Below, in pieces: positions 13,446 to 27,830 of a stretch of 64,000 bases of DNA (positions within the stretch are counted from its first letter, which is position 1; each line of letters opens with the position of its first letter). The stretch is from Eledone cirrhosa (taxonomy: Eukaryota), in the NCBI GenBank assembly GCA_964016885.1, contig OZ024744.1:24552001-24616000 (forward strand). The letters run 5' to 3'. The notes beneath the pieces are model-generated. The model worked only from the letters and a program-made list of their open reading frames with translations, searched no databases and was not told where the DNA came from. The translations under genes were made by a program, and so were the position numbers.

Positions 13446-13690
13446 ATATACAAACATACATACATACATATGCATATACATACACACATACATACATACA
13501 ATCATACATACATATGCATATACATACACACGTACATACATACATGCATACATACACACATACATACATACATGCATGCATACATGCATGCATACATACA
13601 TACATACATACATACATACATACATACATACATACATACATACATACATACATACATACATACATACATACATACATACATACACACATA
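13446..13690. repeat. (TACA)n microsatellite
   Basis: Seen directly. Similar tracts at 17007-17107, 20277-20560, 36230-36447 and 40547-40754. Confidence 0.95.
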
Positions 13691-16600
13691 TTGACTTTTC
13701 TCCAAAGCATTTAAATGAACAGGCAAAGGTATCATTAGATGTAAATTGATACATCTAACGGAATTGAGTGATACTACAAATACAGCCCTTGTAGACAACC
13801 ACCCCACCTCCACTGACAGACAAAGAGATTGGCCAGCTAAATCTAACAGTGAACAGATCACCAACAATTTTGCTAAAATCCATCCCACTTCCACTGAAGA
13901 ACAGCGAGAAAGGTCAGCTGACTCTAGTAGTAATTGTCACCACATCAACAACGAGGCTGAAATTCATGACTCTACTGAACAAACAGAGCACCAAAAACTT
14001 GTGGGCTCCCTACAAGTGATATGGAACGATATGTTTCAAGAGATACACAGCCTTAATGTGAGTGACAGACCATACAACACTAGAGTCAGTAAAGAACCCA
14101 CTAAATTGGAATTGGAAGCGGTGAACGAAATAGCTGGCAATTATCTGAAGGCTATACGATCTAAAGGTGTAGAAACGACATTTGAAACGCTTAATGTTTT
14201 GTTATATGTTTCAGCTGTCACATTGCTATCATATAACACACATCTAAAACCACGCAATCAAGATACAAACAGAAAGCCTGAACCAGCGTGGATGCGAAAT
14301 TTAAAAACCAACATTTTGTCCCTGAGACGAAGTATCTCACACATCGCAGTCGTTATGAAATGCAACATAGAGAGCAACTTCACATGACACCAGGAAGACC
14401 TAAAGAAAAAGTTAGAGAGACGATTTGGAGATACAAAATTTAAAACTTTGAACTCCAAATTACACCAGTTGAAACAACAACTCATAGCTACAACAGAAAG
14501 ACTAAAATATAAGTCAACAGCACATAAACGACAAGTGCTAAATAGATTGTTTGCCAGAGATCCTAAATCAGTTTATCGCAGCTTCGGTGGCAAAAGCTAA
14601 ATCTCTGTAAATGACACCCCTTCAAAAGGACAGGTTGAGAGCTACTGGAGATCTGTATGGGAAACGGATGACGGATTCAATAGACAAGCTAATTGGCTAA
14701 AAGAACTGGAACAGGACTACTGCCAACATGTCCAGACAAAACAATATGACATAGATGGGTCAATACTGGAAACAGCTCTACAGAAAATGTCGAATAGGAA
14801 ATCGCCAGGCCCAGACCTCATTACAGGATACTGGTTGAAAAATTTCACTTTCTATCGGCAAGATCTCATACGGCTGTTTACAGAAACCATTAAAGGCACA
14901 CAAGAACTGCCCAGATGGTTATCAACTGCCACTACTCTCCTCATTCCCAAAAATAGCCAAACCACCCTTGCTAAAAATTACCGCCCAATTGCCTGCTAAA
15001 ACATCATGTATAAATTATATACTGGGTGCCTTAACCTGTTCTTACAGGATCACTGTGCTACCAACAACATCATAACACCTGAGCAAACAGGTGGAAAGAG
15101 GGAGGTGTGGGGTTGCATAGATCACCTACTAACTAACAAAATGATTCAGGAAAAAACAACAAAGAATCGCAGAAACATGACTATCGTGTGGCTGGACTAT
15201 CAAAAAGCATTTGATAGTGTACCTCATGGGTGGATTATTAAGGCTTTACAGTTAGCTAAAGTCCCACAACCATTGGTAGCTGCTGTTGAACGCCTGACCA
15301 AGAACTGGTACACCAATTTGATCCTTAGAGGTGAGAAGGAGCAGGTTAAGACTGATAAGATACATTATCAGAAGGGCATCTTTCAGGGTCATAGCTTGTC
15401 AGTGCTACTCTTCGTTCTCTCACTGAATCCACTATCTTACCTACTCAGGAAACAAGGTGGACAAAGAAGTGGGCCCAGAAGTATCTCCCATCTTTTCTTT
15501 GTTGATGACCTGAAGTTGTATGGGCCAAATATCAATGACATCAAGAAACAATTGGACCTCATTACACAATTTTCAACCGACATCAAAATGAAATTTGGTG
15601 AGTCCAAGTGTGCATATTTGGCAGTAAAACGTGGAAGAGCTGTGCCCTCCTCTAGAAATCTAGAGATGAACGGCCTGACAATACAACCTCTGCAGTCAGG
15701 TGACAACTACAGATATCTTGGACAGGATGAGAATGTCAGATATGATGGACCCATAAATAAGGAGAGAACCAACATTTGGCCTACTGAACTGGTCATTGCA
15801 AGAACTAAGTGAGATGGATGTTAGAACTCGAAAACTTCTCAGTCTTACTGGCAACTTTAACATCAATGGTGATGTGGATAGGCTATACTTCTCACGCAAG
15901 GAAGGTGGCCGGGGTCTAAAATCAATATTAGCAACATATGAGACCCGGATAGTAACACTGAAGCAACACCTTCAACAGAGGAAAAAGGTTGGCAACCATC
16001 TTGCCCAGGTTTATGACCATGAAAAAAGAAATATCATTAGAATAGCGACTGATCTGGAGGAGAGATATGGAATAAAGCCTGATATAAATCTCTCACCCAG
16101 AGAAATCGGAAGATCCTATTCAATGTTCAAACAAGATAAAAAAATTGACCAATTTACAGAAAAAGTTGTGCATGGATACTTGAGGCGTAAAACACAGACC
16201 ATAGAGGGGATAAACCACTCAAAAAGCCTGGCATGGAGTTCCGACAAGTTTATGACATCACACCTTGAGGGATATCTCTATGCAATACAGGAACAAGAAC
16301 TCCCTACCAAATATCTGCTGCACAAAAGAGGAGGGCCAGCAGCTGACAATAAATGTAGGCTATGTAAAACAAAGATCGAGGATGTAAGCCACATTGTTGC
16401 CAGCTGCGAAAGAATGTCATCTCGCTACTACCTCCCATGAGACACGATGGGATAGCTAGAACCATCTGGAACGCACTTCGGAAAACAAAATTAACAACAA
16501 ACGAGGAAGAATATATTGAGACAGATGGCACTAAGGAATACTGGTGGAACCTGAAAATAAAAACTGCCACCAAATTAAAGCACAACCGGCCTGATATTGT

Positions 16601-17006
16601 AGTTTGGGACCACACATTGAAAACGTGTTCTGTTGTGGAGATCAGCTGCCCACTTGATGTAAACGTTGTCAGAAAAATACAGGAGAAGGAGGACATCTAC
16701 GGACCATTGATGAGGAGTTTACAAATCCAGTATCGAAGATACACCTTTAGCTTCATACCCATCATTATTGGTGCTACGGGATATATACCAACCCGCTTGG
16801 ACCAAAGTATGACTGAACTTGGATTTGCGGACAAAAAGCGCAGCTCCCTAATTCATAGTCTACAAATGGCTGCGATAGCTGGCACCTTCAAAATTTGCAA
16901 AACATTCTTGCGATTCAAGGGATGACAATTTCTTTTCTTTTACAACCTTGCCACCAGGAAGGTGGCCGGTCAAAAAAAATATACTCGAAATTAAGAGAAA
17001 GAGAAA
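13691..17006 (+). mobile_element. R4/Dong-type RLE non-LTR retrotransposon, family A (decayed)
   Basis: KSPGPDLITGYWLK, NYRPIAC, WLDYQKAFDSVPH, GIFQG, FFVDDLKLY, EGGRGL, CRLC..EDVSHIVASC (CCHC), RHD, RPDIVVWD..VEISCP (PD-(D/E)xK). Flanked by (TACA)n. Confidence 0.9.
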
Positions 17007-17077
17007 ACATACATACATACATACATACATACATACATACATACATACATACATACATACATACATACATACATACA

Positions 17078-17107
<30 letters not shown>

Positions 17108-17108
<1 letters not shown>

Positions 17109-20100
17109 TCAGTCAAAGCGATCAGTCGCATATTTTGGTGTGGGAGACTATTTATTAAATTTAAGATGAACACTATCTCCGACAGTAAAGCCACAATTAC
17201 AGTCATGTTGAATAACTGATTATTCTCCTAACCATATCTACTGAAGACACCTTTTATTCGAATTCGTAGAGATATCCGTCTAAATACATAATTCATTTTA
17301 CAAGGATTTGCTACAAACAGCATGGCTGAACACAACATCAACACAAAAATTAAGGAAGTATCGAAGACAAATAACAAAGAAGGTAATTAAACTTTATTCA
17401 AGCCGCCCACAACAAACATGTTATCAACAACACGTGCTACAGGTTGCCATGCTACTAGACTTCCTAGCGGCCAGTAAGAACTATGCCTGTAAGAAACTTG
17501 ATACCACGTGTACCATCTAAGACTACCTCGAATGCTGGGGAAAACACTATCGATAATAATAATAATCGAAGAAATAATAATAATCGAATAAATGTGACAC
17601 CACGTATACCATCCGAGTCTACCTCAACTGTTGTGGAAAATACTATCGATAATGATAATCAAAAGTATAAACAATTGAAATTTTCCCTCACCGATATCTT
17701 CCAGAGAGAAATTAATTCATGAATAAATATCTCTCTTGCTGAACGTATTAAAACGACAATGTTTAATAAAAAGTGATAGGAAAACTCCAAGATAAGAAAA
17801 TACCAGGAAGAGACATGATTGTCGACTACTGGTACAAAAAACTGATACTCTGTCCGAGGTATCTTACTGACTTCTACCAACAAATTCTTAAGGGAGATAC
17901 ACTTATACCAGAATGGTTGACATTAGCACAACCATTACTGGTTCCCAGGAACAAAGACACCCACGTGGCAAAAAAATACAAACCCATTGCATGCTAGAAC
18001 CTGATGTATAAGATGTATACAACCGCCTGAACCTATTCTTCCAAGATCACTGTTAAAATAATAACATCATCACAGATGAACAAGTAGCTGGAAAGAAAGA
18101 GTTTTGGGTTGATGCTGAACAACTCCTAATCAACAAAACTGCGATGTCGGAAGTACGACAACTTAGGGGGAATATGGCTACAGTCTGGCTGGACTACAAG
18201 AAAGCTTTCGATTCTGTTCCCCACTCTTGGATGATAGAGGCCCTCCAACTTGCTAAAGTCCCAGACATTATTGTCAGAGCCATAGAGAGGCTGTCTTCTT
18301 CTTGGGCTACTATCCTAAGGTTAAAGACAGAGAGGGAGGACTCTATTTTCACTGATAAAATAAAATATTACAGGGGTATATTTCAGGGGGACAGTTTCTT
18401 TGTGATATTATTCATCTTGTCATTAAACCCCTTCCCTTCTGCTCAAGAAATGTGAGGGATACATGATTGGCTCACGGGAGGACAGAAATACGAACCTAAC
18501 CCATAATTTCTTTGTGGACGATCTGAAACTCTATGCCAAGAACATGGATGGGATGAAGAAAAATCTTGACCTGGTTAAAACGTTCTCAAAGGATATAGGA
18601 ATGGAGTTTGGCCAAGATAAATGCTCATACATGACTGTAAAGCGGGGAAAAACAACAACCTAATCTAGCAACATTGTCATCAATGGCCTAACTGTTTCAC
18701 CGATATCTGATGAAGACGGCTACAGATACCTGGGGATAGATGAGAACATATCCTATAATGGTATCTGTAATAAAGAACGCGTAACCAGGGAATACTACAT
18801 CCGATTAAGAAAGATCTGGTCATCGGAACTCTCTACGCAAAACAAAACAATGGCTCACAATGTGTTTGCTGTGCCTGTCCTAACACCAACGTTTGGAATA
18901 CTCAATTGGACGATAGACGAAATCCGAGCAGTTGATGTTGGAACTCGAAAAATACTAAACAACACCGAAAACTTCCACATCAACAGTGACATAGACTGCC
19001 TTTACTTGAAACGTAAGCAGGGAACAGTAGCCTAACATCAGTCAAGACAACATTTGAATGTCGGATCATATCTCTCCGACAACATCTAAGAACCTCGAAG
19101 CGTAGGAGCCGGTTTCTCGAGCAAGTCTCTCTGCATGAAACAGATAAGATCATGAGAGTTGGGAAAGAACGCCTCGATAGATATTCCCTGTGTGATAATC
19201 AAAAACTCACACCAGGGATGTCGCTCAGCAGTATCGCAGTGAATCCATGGATGAAAAACTGCATACTTATCAGCAAAAAATCATGCATGGATATGTTGCC
19301 AGGAAGCTCCAGAGTGAAAGTAATATAGATAAGGAAAGTAGTCTATCTTGGACCAACAACCGCTATATTGGCTCCCACTTTGAAGGATACGCTTTTGCAA
19401 TCCAAGAACAGGAGATTAGCACGAAATACCTGATTCACAAAAGAGATAGGGATGCAGGCAAAACGCCTTGATGTGATAACAAGTGCAGACTCTGCAGAAC
19501 TAACATCGAGGATATCACCCATGTCATCAGCAGCTGTCCAAATATGTCATCGCGGTACTATCTACCTATTAGGCATGATGTAGTGGCCAAAACACTGTAC
19601 AATAATAAACACGTTAAAAGCTACAAACATGTGGAAGACTTACATGTACATAATATGAAAGAGTACTGGTGGAATGTTCCAGTAAAAACCCCAATAAAAT
19701 GCAGGCATAACAGACCAGATATTATGATATGGGACAGGGAGAAGAAAACATGCACAGTAGTGGAAATTAGCTGCCCAGCAGATGCCAATATAAAATGAAA
19801 GATTAGTGAAAAGGAGAATATTTATGCAGAACTAATGAGAAATCTGCAGATACTCCACACTGATTACACCTTCAGATATATGCATGTGATTATTGGGGCA
19901 CTGGGGTATGTTAGTAACTGCTTCAATACAAATCTTGAGAAGCTAGGCTTCACAGGAACAAAAAGAACACAAATAGTTAGGAAACTACAAGTACAGTCCA
20001 TTAATGGAACAGTAAAAATATGTAAAGCATTCCAAAAATGTTGCATCTAATAACTTCATATACACATGTACAGATGCAAAGCATATACACATGCACACAT

Positions 20101-20276
20101 ACAACTCAAAACATCCACATCCACACATACAATAACATCTATATCTACACATGCATACATACATACATATCTACCTAGTTGATGTTGTGTAAATTCCAAT
20201 GAGAGTATTGTGTCTATGTTATAAATCGACTCTCTCTCTATTGGTAAAACTTTGAGAAATTATAAAACGAGAAGAA
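17108..20276 (+). mobile_element. R4/Dong-type RLE LINE, family B copy 1 (internally deleted, many stops and frameshifts)
   Basis: WLDYKKAFDSVPH, GIFQGD, FFVDDLKLY, CRLC..HVISSC, RHD, RPDIMIWD..VEISCP. The 5' UTR and 3' UTR match 36448-40546. Confidence 0.9.
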
Positions 20277-20559
20277 CATACTTACATACACACATACATA
20301 CATACATACATATATATATACATACATGCATACATACATAGATACATACATACCTACATATATACATGCATACATACATACATGCATACATACATACATG
20401 CATTCATACATAAATACACACATGTATACATACATATATACATACATACACACACATATATGTATATATAATATATAACATGCATGTGTACATACATATA
20501 TACATACATATATACATACATATATATATACATTCATACATACATACATACACACATAT

Positions 20560-21120
20560 ATGGTGGCTGCCAACTCGTTTTCGAGTACGGCCACTACTTT
20601 ATATCCATGTAGGAGAACCCCTACTGATGCGCTGAACAAGTGTGACTTTTTAGTCCAGCCAGCGACTTGAAAACTCTGGCACAAACACTACACTTGTGAC
20701 AATTATTGACACATAGTGCTTGGCCCTTGGTACCATGTGATGACAAGTTCAGAGAGATCTCCAGATATAAAGCAATACCTGTGCCGTGAAGCTTTTATAG
20801 TGAGCAAAGGCACTGCACAAAGCCAGTCCCACTCTCTTAACCAAGATGATATTTACCAAAAAGAAGAACAAGTCAACATCATTGGATACCATCAGGGTTG
20901 CAGGTGTTATATCAGAGTTTTCCTTCTCCTAGAATTCTGCCTTGACAAAGGCTAAGGGATCATCTCTCCCGCTGATTTTGGGTGACCATTGACTCTTAAG
21001 AGTTCCTTTGCCCTTTGACAGGTTTTGTTTTTAGTCCTGCAGGATGTCCAAAGTCACCCTCCTCACCAAGAAACCTTGGTGGGGTTGCCAGTTTAGTCGC
21101 CAACGACCCGACCATGAGAC
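20560..21120 (-). mobile_element. Short non-autonomous RTE-derived (bipartite 5'UTR + 3' end) retroelement
   Basis: Near-identical copies at 29308-29880, 30031-30390 (deleted) and 40755-41191. Minus strand has ctaggagaaggaaaactctga and encodes a C2H2 remnant (Cxx[11 protein letters not shown]). Confidence 0.75.
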
Positions 21121-21409
21121 ATACATGTATACATACATATATACATACATAGAAAGATGGTGTTGAAATGAGTGGCCTCGCGGGTAGAGAAATATTTACT
21201 TTTTCGTGTAATTAATATTATTTCCTTAATCTCACCAATAAAATCATGTCTGGTAAAATAAAGAATATAATCTGGTTACATTCTTCGATTAAATTGAAAG
21301 AAGCTCCCGTTTATAGAAGACCACAGTTTTATATTTATCAAGCAGTTAAAATTAACGTGACAAATAATTTGAGAATCAGTATTATTATATTGGCTATTGC
21401 AAGATTGGA

Positions 21410-21659
21410 AACTGGGAGCAACTATCACCTTAGCTGGGTGGGACAGGTCGCACGACACCCAAGTGAGAGACATGCTAATTAGGTCCGGTATTGTTACACC
21501 CCACCATACACATATATGGAAAATTCCGAAGAGGACGTCCGAAGATGAACTCGCGTCAGACAATCGAAAGAAACCTGAAACCCGTTAATAAAAGTTGGAA
21601 CGATATACCACTGGATATCGATCTGAACCCTTATATACATATATATATATATATGTATG

Positions 21660-21750
<91 letters not shown>

Positions 21751-22001
21751 ACTATAGTTTGGTATCTTGGTATTTCATTAAACAATGCTAATCAGTTCCT
21801 ATATTGGTATTCTCCATGGAAAGAGGTGAAGTGGACGTCCCAAGATGAACTGGAGGCACACGATCAACAGGGACTTGACACTCGTCAACATAAGTTTGGA
21901 GCGATGTCTTGATAGATGTAACTGACCGCGGTGGTCACTGGAGCACTTTGGCTGTCACATGTGTCTCAAGACACAGCAGCTTCTTTGTTTAAGTCTAAGT
22001 C
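21410..22001 (+). pseudogene. Two degenerate LINE (RTE-like) 3'-end fragments
   Basis: WVGQVAR and RRGRPKMN..RQTI remnants. The second fragment ends in a short (aagtct)n tail. Confidence 0.5.
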
Positions 22002-23004
22002 TCAGTACAACTACTTCCAAGCCAGACAGCTATGTACTAAAAATAACAATCAACAACAAAAAAGACAAATGTTTATACTTAGAGAAAAATTGATGCCCAA
22101 TAAACTTTGCACATTCTGTTTTTAACATATTTGAAATTTTAAAATTAGCTCATCGACCCCCAAGACTACCATGGCCCTCTCCAGCGGTAACTGGACACCA
22201 AGTTGATCTAGAAGAATTGTAATGAATCAAGACGTTCTCCGATTCTAGAAAAATGCGAGGCAACATGAAGAATATGAAGTGCTACTAGGATATAACATAT
22301 CGTTCTTCCTTATATTTCAATGTGAAACAATTGCGCCATTTGCCTATGTTATATGAGAAGAGACGTTATTTCACTTTGCAGAATCAGTCAAAATTATGTA
22401 CGGTAAATAGGAATATCAACTTCCCTGTATATTGAGAAGGTTTCTAAAAATATGAACCACAACCATAACAAAAACGATGAAATTAACAGAGAGATTTACA
22501 GGAATGTATAAAGGAACAAATTGAAATAGGTGAAGGTGATAAACTCAAAACACGGCTGAAGGCAATATTTATTAAGAACTTCATTGTTTACATAATTATG
22601 ACGCTAGCTAAAAAATATCAATTATGACGCAAGTCGATAGAAAACATAGTGTCCTAATGTTTGCCAAAAATTGAAGATCCAAAACATTGAAGACTCCAAC
22701 TTTTGGACCATTGCAGAGTTACTGACTAACAGATGTGTGTAACCATGATCACAATGATACCATGATCTACCCTTAAAAACAAATAATGTTTGTCCTATCA
22801 GTGACCCTTTTATCAGTATGTATATATGGACCCATAACTTCTGAGGGAGTCGTAGGAGCGCCATATTCAAATGTGGGGTTTCTAGAGCATTTTTAAAAAC
22901 CCGGCAGAACCCATCTCCTTTCCAGATCTGAATGCAGCAGACTTGTTCCTGTTAAGGAGAGAGATAGTGAGAGGTGGGGGGTGAGGAAATGATATAGAGA
23001 AAGA

Positions 23005-23095
23005 ATCGATCCCAGTACTTTACTGGTACTTTTTTTTTACCTTAAATGGATGAAAGGTAATTTGAACTCAGAGAGCAGAGAGCTGGAACGAAGAC
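23005..23095 (-). mobile_element. Decayed tRNA-derived SINE fragment (another at ~24435-24520)
   Basis: tactggtact..gatgaaagg..atttgaactcagag resembles the SINE at 57172-57357. Confidence 0.55.
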
Positions 23096-24748
23096 CACCT
23101 TTGTATCAGTAGAGCCGTGGAAATGTAAACGCTACGTATTAGGATCTACAAAGGTAAAAGTAATTCTGTCGATGAATTTAATCTTTATTCAAGTAAGTTT
23201 CTTGACAATTAGAGGTAGTTAGAGTTTTATCACAGCATGATGATGGGGCATATCATGTTAGATAGTCAATCAGAGAAAGATCGAAGAGCGTTGACCAACC
23301 GAAGAATATCGATATCAATAGGCAGGCAGTTTCTCTCCAGTAATAAATTATGTTGGAATTGACATCAATATTGCATCCGTTGGTGCTGAGTAAAGCTATA
23401 GTGACAAACGTATACTCCACCATACTTGCAAAAGTCAAAGATGACCATATATTCCATAATTCTTTGGCTGTAAGAGTTTTAGTGCCAACATTTTGATATT
23501 AGATTCAGTACTTAATCGAACTACGGTGATATTAACCACCCCTGTCAAGTTCCACATTAACAGAAACATTGACAGTACATGCATTAGACAGAGAGATGAG
23601 ACAGGAACAATGAACTGCCCAAACATCGTTTAAGTGTCTCTTAAGTAGTGAAAGGGAAAACTAGTCCATTAGATAGATGTTTACTCAGCAGTGAAAACAG
23701 TAATATCTTGAGAGTAACTGAAGAACTCTTGAACAAATACTCAGAGTATAGGACTAGCTGGACTAATCTACATAAACAGAAAATTGATGGAGAAACAACC
23801 AACATACCAGCAGGAAATGACACATGGGTATATACCCCGCAAGTTAGAGGATACTAACAGTGTAAACAGGAAGTGTAGCCTGTCATGGAACTATGATAGA
23901 TACATCACATAGAACCTGGAAAGCTATACCATCGCTGTTCTGAAACAGGAAATATAACTGTTAAATACCTAACCAATAAGAGCTATAATGGTGGTAAGAT
24001 ACAAAATATCGGCTGTGTCATAGAAATATGGACGTTATCATCCATATAACCAGCAGCTACACAAAAACACGTCTGTCAGATATTATCTTCTCACAAGACA
24101 TGGTTATTGCCGAAAATATATATAATGCTACCCAGAATGCCGTACCAAAAACAGAATATATTCAAAATTCAAAAAATTAGGAATACTGATAGAACCATCC
24201 AATAAAAATACCTACCAGGTACAAACTCAACAAATCTGATGTAGTTCAATGAAAAGAAAAGAATTGGAGTCGGGCGTTAGATCGGACCAAGGAAACAATG
24301 TTTCCATTAGTCTTTGCATTATTAATGGAATCTGACAGTCACAATTATTGGGATTTGAACTCACAACATAAAGAAACGGATCAGATAATGTAAAGCATCC
24401 TGTCCTTCCGCCCGTCACTGAAACGCTGATTTGTTACATCGATCCCGAAAGTAGGAAAGACAAATTTGACCTTGGTGGGATTTGAACTCTGAAAGCAGTG
24501 AGCCAGAACAAATCCAGACGCTCTAAACAACTTTGTTTAAACAACACCACCAATTCGTTCGCTGGGAGAGGAAACAAGGGTCGTGCACTGTTGTAGAGAA
24601 CTTAACATATATCTAGTATATCTATCTATCTATCTATATGTGTGTATCCCTTCCCCCACTCTCAAGCGTGAAACTAATATTAACATGTGTACTGCCTCTT
24701 CGCTTCCACGTTGTTGTTTTTTTGGGGTTTTCTCTTTACTCTCTCAAC

Positions 24749-24794
<46 letters not shown>

Positions 24795-24800
<6 letters not shown>

Positions 24801-24942
24801 TCTGAAGACGGCGTATATATGTGTTGGTATGTATATTTAATCTTGATAATTTGTATAATTTTGTATAATTTTGTACATAGATCTGTTGAATATGCATACC
24901 AATTCTAACACATATATATCCTAGAAACGATCGTTAAATAAT
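24795..24942 (+). ncRNA. Long-stem-II hammerhead motif in a solo pLTR fragment between (TA)n tracts
   Basis: attattt-CTGAAGA...GAAA-cgatcg-TT-aaataat. Near-identical to 10994-11147. Confidence 0.7.
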
Positions 24943-24990
24943 GAACTTTTTTTGTTTAATATAAGGAATTGTTTGTTCATTATTTGTTTA

Positions 24991-25068
<78 letters not shown>

Positions 25069-25104
25069 TATTGAAGTTTGCTTGAAGCATTGTGGAATAA
25101 TAAA

Positions 25105-25824
25105 TATATATCTTTAAGTCGTTTGGAAGCCTCGACAATGCAAATGGGTAAATCTCCGGGTAACAAGATCCGGTGGTGGAGAGAGAGATGTAAGTGGGTT
25201 TACGTTGAGATGCGTGGTGTGTAAAGATGTGTAAATGTGTAGAAGAAAGAAGGGAAGAGTATAAAGGATAAAATAAAAATAACAACACAAGAGAGTTACT
25301 TTGGGAGAGATTTAATAGTCCCTATATATTTCGGATTCACATCCATCAACTGGTGGTTTTTTTCCGGGGTAAAGGACGTCTGTAGGACAGGTGCGAAACG
25401 CGTCCTCCGCTGTTTGTTGTTTTGAATATCTGATATTCAAAACAACAAACAGCGGAGGACGCTTTCGCACCTGTCCGACAGACAACCTTTACCCCGGAGT
25501 AATTTAGTAAATTCCTATTTTAGTGTAATCTTATTAACTGCATTTTCCCTTCTCGGGCCTCTCCACGTGAGCATATTTCACCCCAGTTGATGGATGTGAA
25601 TCCGAAATATATAGGGACTATTAAATCTCTCCCAAGGTAACTCTCTCTTGTGTTGTTATTTTTATTTCATCCTTTATACTCTTCCCTTCTTTCTTCTACA
25701 CATTTACACATCTTTACACACCACGCATCTCAACGTAAACCCACTTACATCTCTCTCTCCACCACCGGATCTTGTTACCCGGAGATTTACCCATTTGCAT
25801 TGTCGAGGCTTCCAAACGACTTAA

Positions 25825-25830
<6 letters not shown>
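25105..25830. repeat. Nested foldback: outer inverted arms ~25105-25352 / ~25584-25830 around an inner palindrome ~25364-25497
   Basis: tttaagtcgtttggaagcctcg... versus ...cgaggcttccaaacgacttaaag; inner centre gaatatctgatattc. Confidence 0.85.
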
Positions 25831-25855
<25 letters not shown>

Positions 25856-25859
<4 letters not shown>

Positions 25860-25980
25860 AAAATGTTCAAGACCCCGACGGCAGAGCTCAAGCCGCCATT
25901 TCGACAGCTATTTCTGGAGTCCAGAAATAGCCGTCGCAACGGCTTGAGCTCCGCCGTCGGGGTTTTGAACATTTTTCTAT
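25856..25980. repeat. ~120-bp GC-rich near-perfect hairpin next to (TA)n; second copy at 51329-51443
   Basis: gaccccgacggcagagctcaagccg...cggcttgagctc(c/t)gccgtcgggg. The flanking ctaccctaagtattgagtactctggtgt is also shared, in inverted orientation. Confidence 0.85.
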
Positions 25981-26492
25981 TACCCAATCTACTACCCTAA
26001 GTATTGAGTACTCTGGTGTGTTATTGTTTCCACTCTCAGATTCCTCCAGAATTCTTTTTTCGCCTGCTTTCTATCTAGCCTAATTTCATCCACACTCCTT
26101 AGAATTTGCTGTAAAGAATTCACTTTCAACGCTTGACCGCTCCACCCACTCTCTCATTGTTCTACAGGCAAGTTCAGCCTGCCTCACCTCCCACAACCGC
26201 CATGAAAGATTTAATTGTGTTTACAAGAAATGTTGACCAATCCTTTTGACAACTACAATCTTCCCATATATGGAATTTCCCCTTGAAAAGTTCGGCTATT
26301 TATTACCACGCTAAAATCTAATTTAGTCCAGAAATTGCCGTCGAAACGCCGGTGAAACCATTGTAACACACAATAAATTGAGTTCAGATGCATCACTGAT
26401 TTTTCGTTTTATATTATATCATACTCTGCTCTGTAAGAGCATAGAGTGCTCAACCGGCATACAGCCTATGGAAGCATTTTAGCTACCATTCG

Positions 26493-26573
<81 letters not shown>

Positions 26574-26788
26574 TAAGTTAAAGTGTACATCTACATATGT
26601 ATACGGAAGTATTAGTATGCATATAAATACACACATGTATACATATGTAGATGTACTGAGTTTTTCACTAGACACTTTACAGTGAGTGTCAACTAGTCTG
26701 TACGTAACCACACAGACGGACCGGGTTTTAGAGTCATACGAGTTTTCAAGGAAACACATTTCCTCTATTCTCCAGAGGGCCAGACAGG

Positions 26789-26833
26789 AATATTGGACTA
26801 GTTTCGATGTTATTACATCTCATCAGCAATATT
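26789..26833 (-). ncRNA. Minimal type I hammerhead ribozyme (unit 1)
   Basis: aatattg-CTGATGA-gatgt(aata)acatc-GAAA-c-ta-g-TC-caatatt: canonical core, GUC site, palindromic stem III (actagt). Confidence 0.88.
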
Positions 26834-27255
26834 TACCCATCTTCCGGCTTCTCTGGAGAATTGTAAAAGCACATATCGTTATATGCTTTTTCTATGAAAA
26901 TTAGTAGTGGGTAGACCAATTTGCATAGAACGTGAGTCATTGTACGCACCGGTTCAGCGGAAACGATAAAAACAAATAACGAAACGAAATTAAATTTCGT
27001 TTCGCTTCTAACTCACTTTTGTATGACTGACGCTTAAACAATTAAGTTAAAGTGTACATCTACATATGTATACGGAAGTATTAGTATGCATATAAATACA
27101 CACGTATACATATGTACATGTACTGAGTTTTTCACTAGACACTTTACAGTGAGTGTCAGCTAGTCTGTACGTAACCACACAGACGGACCGGGTTTTAGAG
27201 TCATACGAGTTTTCAAGGAAACACATTTCCTCTATTCTCCAGAAGGCCAGACAGG

Positions 27256-27300
27256 AATATTGGACTAGTTTCGATGTTATTACATCTCATCAGCAATATT
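27256..27300 (-). ncRNA. Minimal type I hammerhead ribozyme (unit 2)
   Basis: Identical motif to unit 1. Confidence 0.88.
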
Positions 27301-27785
27301 TACCCATCTTCCGGCTTCTCTGGAGAATTGTAAAAGCACATATCGTTATATGCTTTTTCTATGAAAATTAGTAGTGGGTAGACCAATTTGCATAGAACGT
27401 GAGTCATTGTACGCACCGGTTCAGCGGAAACGATAAAAACAAATAACGAAACGAAATTAAATTTCGTTTCGCTTCTAACTCACTTTTGTATGACTGACGC
27501 TTAAACAATTAAGTTAAAGTGTACATCTACATATGTATACGGAAGTATTAGTATGCATATAAATACACACGTATACATATGTACATGTACTGAGTTTTTC
27601 ACTAGACACTTTACAGTGAGTGTCAGTTAGTCTGTACGTAACCACACAGACGGACCGGGTTTTAGAGTCATACGAGTTTTCAAGGAAACACATTTCCTCT
27701 ATTCTCCAGAGGGCCAGACAGGAATAGAAAAAGCATATAACGATATGTGCTTTTACAATTCTCCAGAGAAGCCAGAAGATGGGTA

Positions 27786-27830
27786 AATATTGCTGATGAG
27801 ATGTAATAACATCGAAACTAGTCCAATATT
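27786..27830 (+). ncRNA. Minimal type I hammerhead ribozyme (inverted unit)
   Basis: aatattgctgatgagatgtaataacatcgaaactagtccaatatt read directly on the + strand. Confidence 0.9.

Noticed and set aside
22000-24430. Possible host exons in unique sequence
   Set aside because: Only short ORFs with no recognisable homology; splice structure cannot be supported.
26686-27371. Repeated 72-aa ORF in the 467-bp units
   Set aside because: It has a non-ATG start and no recognisable domain, and it is repeated only because the DNA unit is repeated.
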